A stretch of DNA of 64,000 nt from an uncultured Planctomycetia bacterium. Its GTDB lineage: Bacteria > Planctomycetota > GCA-002687715 > DRQF01. Below are positions 38,981 through 46,609 of this stretch, in pieces. The notes beneath the pieces are model-generated. The model worked only from the letters and a program-made list of their open reading frames with translations, did no database searches and was not told the DNA's origin. Made by a program: the position numbers and the translations under genes. Every line of letters starts with the position of its first letter. The stretch's first letter is position 1. The DNA lies in the NCBI GenBank assembly GCA_964559135.1, contig CAZLGG010000003.1, positions 2,231 through 66,230 of the forward strand. The letters are read 5' to 3'.

Positions 38981-39541
38981 ATGCAGTGCATTCGAATCGG
39001 ACTCGTTTTGGCCGTTGCAATTCTCGTTGGATCGTGCGGAGGCAAGTCGGAGAACGGGAAGGAGGACTTGGCGGTCAAGTCGGTCGATCTCCCCGGTGTG
39101 CAGAGGGCCCATGAGGCCGAGGGCTTCCTGCTGACCGCTCAGCCGGACACGGTGGGCTTCCAGGAGGCGAAGAAGAAGTACGGCGTGAAAACCGTCATCA
39201 ACCTTCGCATGCCCGAGGAGACGCCCAAGTTCAAGGAACCCGAGCTCGTCAAGGGGTTGGGTCTCGACTACGTTGCGATTCCGTTCAAGGGACCGGATAC
39301 CCTCAAGGACGAGGTTTTCGATCGGGCGCGCCAAGTGTTGAAAGACGCGGGAAAACGCCCGGTTTTGATGCACTGCAAATCCGGCAACCGCGTGGGCGCC
39401 ATCTGGTATGCCTACCGGGTGTTGGACGAAGGCATCGAGCCGGACGTCGCCATGAAGGAAGCGAAGGCCGTGGGGCTGCGTAAGGCCGGCCACATCCAGA
39501 AGGCGGAAGAATACGTCAAGAAGATGTCCATGAAAAAGTGA
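38981..39541 (+). CDS. Lipoprotein with DUF442/dual-specificity phosphatase-like domain (HCxxGxxR P-loop)
   Basis: ORF trimmed to MQCIRIGLVLAVAILVGSCGG (lipobox; GGAGGA RBS). LMHCKSGNRVG matches the Cys-X5-Arg phosphatase signature. Confidence 0.6.
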   Translation: MQCIRIGLVLAVAILVGSCGGKSENGKEDLAVKSVDLPGVQRAHEAEGFLLTAQPDTVGFQEAKKKYGVKTVINLRMPEETPKFKEPELVKGLGLDYVAIPFKGPDTLKDEVFDRARQVLKDAGKRPVLMHCKSGNRVGAIWYAYRVLDEGIEPDVAMKEAKAVGLRKAGHIQKAEEYVKKMSMKK

Positions 39542-39635
39542 GGTGGACGCCATGTCCGCCCTCGTGGCGGGCAGACGCGGCGACGCAGGAGGCACCTTCG
39601 TGGTAGGCTCACGCCGATCACGGAGGAACGCCGAC

Positions 39636-41378
39636 ATGGACTCGACCCTCACTGCATGCCCCTCGGCGCTTGACGCGCCCACGGGAAGTGCCGCACCTTG
39701 GCGAGGCGCGGTCGTCCGAGTGTTGCTTTTTCTCCTGTTGGGCGTGATCCCGGCCGTGGGACAGGTGCGCAAGGATGGGACCGTCGACTGGAACCGTTAC
39801 TACTCCAGCGGAGAGTCCCGGGCCATCATGGCCACGTGGTGCGAAGCGAAACCCGATCTGGCGCGGCTCGTGAGCATCGGGAAGAGCTATCTGGGCTGTG
39901 ATCTTTGGGTGATCGAGATCACGGATCGGCGAACGGGGCGCGCCGAGGAGAAACCGGCCCTCTACGTGGACGGGAACATCCACTCCGGGGAGCTGACCAG
40001 CGGCGCCTTGGCCCTGTATTTCGCGGGGTACCTCATCCATTCCCACGGCCGCGATCCGCGGGTGACGAAGCTCCTCCAAACCCACACCTTCTACGTCCGG
40101 CCCAAGTTCAACCCGGATGGGGCCGACGCGACCTTGCTGCGGAACATCGCCTTGCGAAGCTCCGTGCGCCCGGTCGACAACGACGGGGACGGCATCGCGG
40201 ACGAGGATCCGGCGGAGGACATAGACGGCGACGGCTTCATCAGTCTCATGCGGATCGCTGATCCGAAGGGGGATCGGGTAGCCAGCCCCGAAGACCCCCG
40301 CATCCTCGTGCGTCGGAAGAAGACCGATAAGGAGGGGCCCTTCTACCGTGTCTTTCGGGAGGGGATCGACAACGACGGCGACGGCAGGCTGAACGAGGAC
40401 GGCCTGGGTGGGCTCGATCTGAACAGGAATTTTCCGCGCAACTGGGCTTTGCCTTTCCGCCAACCGGGCGCGGGGCCCTTTCCGCTGTCGGAACCCGAAA
40501 CCCACGCCACGGTGCGGTTCATCGTCGACCATCCCAACATCACGGGAATCGTGCACAACCACACTTCCGGAGGATTCGTCTTTCGCCTTCCCTCTGCCAG
40601 TGACCCGGCGGCCTTCGACAAGGAGGACCTGGGCACCATCGCGACGTTCGCGAAGAAGTTCACCGCGTTGACGGGCCGGCCCGTGCGACCGAGTTCGACG
40701 CATCCGACCCGGCATCGCTACGGAACCCTCATCAGTTGGGCCTACTGGGACAGGGGGATCATCGGTTGGGTGCCGGAGCTGTGGCCCGGCATCGGCAAGA
40801 GCCGGTTGGACGCCCTGCGGTACCAGGACGAGCATCTGGCGGGCAGAGACTTCACACCCTGGAAGCCCTTCGATCATCCAACGCTCGGAAGGGTCGAGAT
40901 TGGGGGGCTTCGCACCCGTTTCCTCGTGCAAAACCCACCCCCCGAACTCCTCGAGAAGGAATGCGCCGTGCACGTTCCGTGGCTGCTCTATCTCGCCGAG
41001 CAGGCACCGAGGCTGAAACTCGAGGACGTACGGAGCGCGCGTCGAGAGGATGGGGCGATCATCCTCACCGCAACCGTGCGCAACACCGGGTTTTTGCCCA
41101 CGCATCTGACGCGGCGGGGATTTCTCTCGAAGGTCCAACGGCCCGTGGCGGGGAGGATCGAGATGGAGGGGGCCGATCTCATCGAGGGATCACGACGTCA
41201 GGACCTCGGACACCTGGCCGGCCAAAGAGCGCTCGAAGGCATGCCGAAGGAAAGAGCGAAAATGTTGCGCTGGGTGGTGCGACCCACCCCTGCGGGAGGG
41301 ACGGCCACGATCGTCGTATCCTCCGACACGGGAGGAACGGTGCGTTCGAAGCCCATCGCTCTGGCCCACGACGATTGA
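39636..41378 (+). CDS. Secreted M14 family zinc carboxypeptidase
   Basis: ORF trimmed to the ATG at 39636 (GGAGGA 9 nt upstream). Motifs YVDGNIHSGE (zinc ligands H-x-x-E), LNRNFPRNW and a D/G-rich calcium-like loop. Confidence 0.7.
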   Translation: MDSTLTACPSALDAPTGSAAPWRGAVVRVLLFLLLGVIPAVGQVRKDGTVDWNRYYSSGESRAIMATWCEAKPDLARLVSIGKSYLGCDLWVIEITDRRTGRAEEKPALYVDGNIHSGELTSGALALYFAGYLIHSHGRDPRVTKLLQTHTFYVRPKFNPDGADATLLRNIALRSSVRPVDNDGDGIADEDPAEDIDGDGFISLMRIADPKGDRVASPEDPRILVRRKKTDKEGPFYRVFREGIDNDGDGRLNEDGLGGLDLNRNFPRNWALPFRQPGAGPFPLSEPETHATVRFIVDHPNITGIVHNHTSGGFVFRLPSASDPAAFDKEDLGTIATFAKKFTALTGRPVRPSSTHPTRHRYGTLISWAYWDRGIIGWVPELWPGIGKSRLDALRYQDEHLAGRDFTPWKPFDHPTLGRVEIGGLRTRFLVQNPPPELLEKECAVHVPWLLYLAEQAPRLKLEDVRSARREDGAIILTATVRNTGFLPTHLTRRGFLSKVQRPVAGRIEMEGADLIEGSRRQDLGHLAGQRALEGMPKERAKMLRWVVRPTPAGGTATIVVSSDTGGTVRSKPIALAHDD

Positions 41379-41454
41379 GCCCGCGGACCCCTGCGGCGGT
41401 CCTGTGGGCGGGCCCTGCTAAGCTTTCCTCGTTCCGAGGAGAGACCTGTCCAGG

Positions 41455-42540
41455 ATGTCCAGCGATGCGACGCGACACCGGGTTCTTCACGGCCATGCGG
41501 CCGCCATGGACGGCGTCGCTGACGTCTCGATCGATCTCGTCGTCACATCGCCGCCCTATCCGATGGTGCAGATGTGGGACGACGTGTTTCGGGAAGAGGA
41601 CTCCGGAATCGGGGCGGCCCTCGATCGCGGCGAGGGAGCGCAAGCTTTCGAGGGTATGCACCGCGTTTTGGACGGGGTTTGGGCGGAGTGCCATCGCGTC
41701 CTGAAGCCGGGTGGAATCCTCTGCCTCAACGTCGGGGATGCGACCCGCAAGGTGGGGGAGGAGTTTCGGCTGTATTCGAACCACGCCCGCATCCTCCAGA
41801 CCATGCAGGGCCTGGGTTTCTCGGTCCTCCCGGACATCCTTTGGCGCAAGCCCAACAACGCCCCCAACAAGTTCATGGGTTCCGGGATGCTCCCTGGCGG
41901 CGCCTACGTCACCTATGAACACGAATACATCCTGATCCTCCGAAAGGGAGGTCTGCGAGCTTTTCGAACTCCACAGGAGAAAGCCCGGCGACGTCGCAGC
42001 GCCTATTTTTGGGAGGAACGCAACGTGTGGTTCTCCGATCTTTGGGAGGGCCTCACCGGTGTCGGACAGGGACTGGGGGACAAATCCGTGCGTGCGAGGA
42101 GCGCCGCTTTCCCCTTTGAACTGGCCTACCGTTTGATTCAGATGTATTCGGTGCTGGGCGACGTGGTCCTCGACCCATTCTTGGGAACGGGCACGACCAT
42201 GGCGGCGGCCATCGCCGGCGGGAGAAAGAGCGTGGGCGTCGAAAAGGAGGTTGGTCTGATGGCGACCATCGCATCGACCCTGACGTCCTCGGTCGCGTTG
42301 GGGCGCGAGAGAGCGCAGCGGCGACTCTTGGATCACCTGAGTTTCGTCGAGCAATGGTTGGCGCGGGGCAAGGCGTTGCGCCATGTCAATGAGGTCTATG
42401 GGTTCCCCGTCATGACCAGGCAGGAGGTCCAACTGGACATCGTCGCGCCCGTCGCCATCCACTGCGAGAGGGAGGGGGACTACACCGTGACCCATGAACG
42501 AGCGATGTGCGCGGGCCGGCAGGCGACGTTCGAGGCCTGA
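41455..42540 (+). CDS. Beta-class N4-cytosine/N6-adenine DNA methyltransferase, apparently orphan, with a C-terminal extension of about 90 aa
   Basis: Motif IV DLVVTSPPYPM precedes motif I DPFLGTGTT (beta-class order). No nuclease gene on either side. Confidence 0.75.
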   Translation: MSSDATRHRVLHGHAAAMDGVADVSIDLVVTSPPYPMVQMWDDVFREEDSGIGAALDRGEGAQAFEGMHRVLDGVWAECHRVLKPGGILCLNVGDATRKVGEEFRLYSNHARILQTMQGLGFSVLPDILWRKPNNAPNKFMGSGMLPGGAYVTYEHEYILILRKGGLRAFRTPQEKARRRRSAYFWEERNVWFSDLWEGLTGVGQGLGDKSVRARSAAFPFELAYRLIQMYSVLGDVVLDPFLGTGTTMAAAIAGGRKSVGVEKEVGLMATIASTLTSSVALGRERAQRRLLDHLSFVEQWLARGKALRHVNEVYGFPVMTRQEVQLDIVAPVAIHCEREGDYTVTHERAMCAGRQATFEA

Positions 42541-42555
42541 GCCGATTCGTCCCGA

Positions 42556-44511
42556 TCAGTGAAGGTTGCGGAGCAGAACCGTGAGGTTGCGCGCCGGGCG
42601 CGGATCGTTCGGGTTGAGAGCCAGCGCCTTGCGGAAGAGGAACTCGGCTTCACCGAGTCGCCCCGAATCCATGAGAAGAAGACCCAGGTTGTTCAGCGCG
42701 TCACCGTCGGCCGGTGCAAGAGCGAGAGCGCGCCGATAGGCTTGAATGGCCGCCAGCTTCTTTCCTCGAGCCTCAAGGAGAACCCCCCGATTGTAGTGGG
42801 CGGGCGCCAGATCGGGATGGCGGCTGACAAGGACGTCGAGACGGTGAAGCGCCTCCTCGAGCCGTCCCTTCTCCGCATCGATCTGGGAGATAGCCAGCTC
42901 CACGGAGGGTCGACCCGGTGCTTCGTCGGCGACGCGCCGTAGATCGGCCTCGGCCCCGTCCAGATGTCCCTGTCTCAAGCGCGCGTCGGCCCGCAATTCG
43001 AGCGTCGACCAGAGCTCCTCGCCATGAGGCGCCTTGCGGTCGTCCAGAGTTTCGAGGATACGGTCGGCCCAGCTCTCCGCCCTGGCCGGTCGCCCGGCGA
43101 GCAACCACGCGCGCGCGCCGTCGAACGCAAGGGCGGGGTTCGCGGCCTGACCCCCGAGCCGCTTCTCGATGAGCTTCGCGGCTTCGGCATGGCGACCCAG
43201 ACGTCGGAGGGCGTCCGTCAAAGAAACATCGATGTCGGGAGGATGGACCCAACCCCAGCGATCCCGAGCCTCGAGATGACCCACGAGAGCGAGGAGAGCC
43301 GCCCGAGCGACGGGCCCTTCCTGGGTCCGGATGTGCTCCACGAGGCGGTCGCCCATGAACTCGTGCCAGCGCACGGGCGCGTGGTAGGCGAGAAGACCGA
43401 CAGCCAGGGCAGCGGCGAGGACCCGTCCACGATTCTTTCGGAGTTCTCGGGCCCGCCAGCTCCTGTGAGCGAGAATCACCGCGGCGGCCGTGGACGCACC
43501 GAGGGCCAAAGTGAGGAAGAAGGGAACGACGCGATAGAGGCCTCGGTAGACGGCGAGGGAGAGGAGCACGAAGACCAGCGCCAAGACCTCCTCGCGGAGG
43601 GTGAGATCCCATGGGATGCGGCTGCGGCCCTTGCGCCAGCCCTGGAAGAATGCGGGCTTGGTGAATCTCCACTCGAGGACGCGACCGGAGCAGACGTCCA
43701 CGCAGTCCATGTCCTTCAGACACCGAGGATCGACGACGCGGCCGAACGTGTTGACTTCTTCGCGGACCTGAATGCCGGAGCTACAGGTCCGTGTACAGGC
43801 ATCGCAACCCAGACAGTCGCCCTTGATCGCAATGCGTCCCGGCGAGAGGCCGTCCGCGACTCGAAAGAGCACGCCGTAGGGACAGACGTTCCCGCAGAAA
43901 GAGCGCGAGCCCAGGAGCCAGACGATGACGAAGCCGGCGACGAGAAAGGTGATGACGGCGATGACCGGGCCGGGAAGGTTCCGCGCGTATTCCGTGGTGA
44001 CGAAGGACGCCCAACCCTCGCCGTCGGCGAGCACACGCAGTTGGAAGTCGGGGCGCTGTCCGAGAACGGATTCCGTGGAAGGATAGGCATGCACGAGGAA
44101 CCGGGCCACGGTCGGCCAGACGAACATGTAGAGGGCGGTGAGCGGGGCGATGGCCAAGAGAAGTCTGGAACGTATGGGTTTCGGCCTCAAACCCACCCTC
44201 CGAAGCAGCGCCGCGCAGAGATCCTGCAGAGCCAGGATGTGGCAGCCCCAACCGCAGAAGAACCGCCCGAAGACGAGTGTCGCCAAGAACGCGGCGGACA
44301 TGAACAGGAATCCGGCGGTGATCACGCCGAGCTCGATCGTGTGCATGACCTCGTTCAACTCGAGAGGCGCCAAGGTCTTCCCCGCGAGCCGCCAGTGTAC
44401 GTAGTGAGCGACCATGAGAAGCTGAACAGTGATCAAGATGCCCGCCCGCCAACGGGTGCGACGGGTGTGGGCGGCGCTCTTCAGCTTCCCATGACGACTC
44501 CCGGGTTCCAT
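42556..44511 (-). CDS. NapH/MauN/CcoG-like membrane polyferredoxin (4Fe-4S) fused to C-terminal TPR repeats
   Basis: ORF 42556..44628 trimmed to MEPGSRHGK (GAAGGGAGA RBS), because the longer call overlaps the upstream cytochrome gene by 101 nt. Motifs FCGWGCH, FCGNVCPYG and CLGCDACTRTC, multiple TM helices, then TPR (YNRGVLLEARG…). Confidence 0.6.
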   Translation of the reverse strand: MEPGSRHGKLKSAAHTRRTRWRAGILITVQLLMVAHYVHWRLAGKTLAPLELNEVMHTIELGVITAGFLFMSAAFLATLVFGRFFCGWGCHILALQDLCAALLRRVGLRPKPIRSRLLLAIAPLTALYMFVWPTVARFLVHAYPSTESVLGQRPDFQLRVLADGEGWASFVTTEYARNLPGPVIAVITFLVAGFVIVWLLGSRSFCGNVCPYGVLFRVADGLSPGRIAIKGDCLGCDACTRTCSSGIQVREEVNTFGRVVDPRCLKDMDCVDVCSGRVLEWRFTKPAFFQGWRKGRSRIPWDLTLREEVLALVFVLLSLAVYRGLYRVVPFFLTLALGASTAAAVILAHRSWRARELRKNRGRVLAAALAVGLLAYHAPVRWHEFMGDRLVEHIRTQEGPVARAALLALVGHLEARDRWGWVHPPDIDVSLTDALRRLGRHAEAAKLIEKRLGGQAANPALAFDGARAWLLAGRPARAESWADRILETLDDRKAPHGEELWSTLELRADARLRQGHLDGAEADLRRVADEAPGRPSVELAISQIDAEKGRLEEALHRLDVLVSRHPDLAPAHYNRGVLLEARGKKLAAIQAYRRALALAPADGDALNNLGLLLMDSGRLGEAEFLFRKALALNPNDPRPARNLTVLLRNLH

Positions 44512-44527
44512 GAGGCACAGTCTCCCT

Positions 44528-46573
44528 TCAAGGTTCCGAGGTGATGGACAGTCCGTTGGAGAACGACCAGCCGATGGAACTCGCGGTGTCCGAGGCGAGC
44601 CACTGGGCATAGAACGTCGTTCCGGCAAAGGCTGGAATGAACGGCACCGTGAAATCCAAGGACGCCTGCCCGAAGCCGTCCGCCCCGAGGACGTAGGACA
44701 TATCTGGAGACACGAGCAGAGCGCAGCCCGGGGCGCCGACGGCCGTCAGGTCCAGGGGCAGTCCGATGGCGCCCCATTGCGTGTTGCTGTTCCCAAGCAG
44801 AAGAATGGCGGTGGCGCTCGGCTGCGCCCCGCTCAGGGTCACCTGGAAGTTGGACGATCCGATGGTGGGCTCTCCCGACCACGATGCCGAAAGACCGTTG
44901 CATCCGCTTCCGAACGTCGAGACCGCCTGCGCGCCGGGGCTTGCCCACGTCGTCTCTTCCATGAGATGTCCGAAATACGGCGCCTGGATGTCCTCGAGGG
45001 GATCGCCGTGGCCATCGACCGTCCAATTCTTCGCGTCGGTGAGGAATCGGAACGAGCGGCGGTAGATCAACCGGGCCCTGACCTTGAAGGTGCCGCCGCC
45101 GGGGGGCAACTGGAAGGTGTAGTTGGTAGTGTCGGTCGCGAGGGCGGGGATGCGGTTGTCGAAGAGGATGGAGGTCGCATCCGTGAAAAAAGTTGGGCCG
45201 TTGCCGTTCGCATCGAGGTTGTGCTTCGCGAAGAGCTTGCCCGGAAGTCCGGCATAGTAGCCCTGGGCGGGATCGCCGACGCCTCCGAGGGGATGGATGG
45301 TCTGTGTTCCCGTATCGACGAGCTTTTGACCATCCTCCACCCGCCAGGCTTCGACGAGAAGGATCATGTTGCGGATCGTGACGCCCGTCGGGAGCGCGTG
45401 ACCTGCGTGGGAGTTGGTCACGTCGACCGTCACCTGGAGTTCCGTCGATGTGGGCTGAACACTGACGGTGAGATCCGCAGCATTCTCGAGAAACGCGGGC
45501 GATGTGCCTTCCACGTCGTGAGTGCGGACCTGGGAGGGATCCCGCTGGACGGGCTGCACGACACAGACGGTCGTCTGACCGTTCGGGGGCATATGGCAAT
45601 CCACGCACGTGGCGTAGTTCGGGTCCGCGGGGTTGCCGTAGGGACTGGAGAGCCACTCGTCCCACGTGGGTTCGGAGACGATGCCATTCGGCTCCGCGAA
45701 GTTCCCGTTGCCGTCCGGATCGTTCTTGTCTTGGTGGCACGCGGCGCAGACTGCGGCCTCCAACTGCGGTTGATACGACGGGCGCATGAGCCCGGGGGCC
45801 TCGTAGTCGGCGTCGGGGTAGGTCCCGTATTCCACCTGGTGGGTCAGAAGCGGTTGAGTCGGACGCGTGAACGTCACGGAACTGGGATGGATGCCGGGAA
45901 AGTCGGTCTTCGCGAGGTCGATGTCGGCGACCTTGTGACAGATTTCGCACGAGACGCCGTTGAGTGCCCCCTGGCTGAGCGCACCGATGGGCTCGAGCGC
46001 CGTGAAGGGCTGGGCGATCCAGGGCTCGGGCTGATGGCAGGACTTGCATTCCGACGCCGGGTTGGCTGCCGCGTGAACGGAGCCGGTCGTGTAGACGAAT
46101 CCGCCCATTCCCCCGGTCGTGCCGGTGCCGTCGTAGATGTCGTAGACCCAGAGGTTTTGGCCGGCGTGCGCCATTCTCGAGCCCGTCCATTCGGCGAGCG
46201 CTTGGGGGTGGCAGCCGCCACAGACGTTCGGGTCGAGGAGACCGTAGCTGGGATCGTTGCTTGCGGGGACCGACTCGAGAGTGACGAGGACACCGAAAGC
46301 CGGAGCCGTCACGGTCAATCCCTCGTTGAAGTAACCCTTTTTTCCCGCAACGATGCGAAGGTTCGGTCCGGCGAGACCCGGGAGAGTGAACGTGCCGTTG
46401 GAAGCCGTCGTCGTCTGCGTGGAGGTGGCCTTGAGAGTGACGAGTGCATCAGCGACGGGCGCGCCTGCTGTGTCCAGCACAATGCCGGTGACCTGAGCGG
46501 AAACCGGGGCCAAGAGCAGGCTCAGCGCCATGATGACCGTCGAGAGCCTGGGGCGAATCGAAAAGTGCTGCAT
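44528..46573 (-). CDS. Secreted pentaheme c-type cytochrome (paralog A) with an N-terminal carboxypeptidase-regulatory-like beta domain
   Basis: Five CxxCH motifs (CGGCH, CKSCH, CEICH, CAACH, CVDCH). Signal peptide. Start is 36 nt downstream of norZ and the stop is 16 nt before the polyferredoxin gene. Confidence 0.7.
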   Translation of the reverse strand: MQHFSIRPRLSTVIMALSLLLAPVSAQVTGIVLDTAGAPVADALVTLKATSTQTTTASNGTFTLPGLAGPNLRIVAGKKGYFNEGLTVTAPAFGVLVTLESVPASNDPSYGLLDPNVCGGCHPQALAEWTGSRMAHAGQNLWVYDIYDGTGTTGGMGGFVYTTGSVHAAANPASECKSCHQPEPWIAQPFTALEPIGALSQGALNGVSCEICHKVADIDLAKTDFPGIHPSSVTFTRPTQPLLTHQVEYGTYPDADYEAPGLMRPSYQPQLEAAVCAACHQDKNDPDGNGNFAEPNGIVSEPTWDEWLSSPYGNPADPNYATCVDCHMPPNGQTTVCVVQPVQRDPSQVRTHDVEGTSPAFLENAADLTVSVQPTSTELQVTVDVTNSHAGHALPTGVTIRNMILLVEAWRVEDGQKLVDTGTQTIHPLGGVGDPAQGYYAGLPGKLFAKHNLDANGNGPTFFTDATSILFDNRIPALATDTTNYTFQLPPGGGTFKVRARLIYRRSFRFLTDAKNWTVDGHGDPLEDIQAPYFGHLMEETTWASPGAQAVSTFGSGCNGLSASWSGEPTIGSSNFQVTLSGAQPSATAILLLGNSNTQWGAIGLPLDLTAVGAPGCALLVSPDMSYVLGADGFGQASLDFTVPFIPAFAGTTFYAQWLASDTASSIGWSFSNGLSITSEP

Positions 46574-46609
46574 GTCTGGGAACTCCTTTGTCTGGAATGC
46601 GAGGACGAC

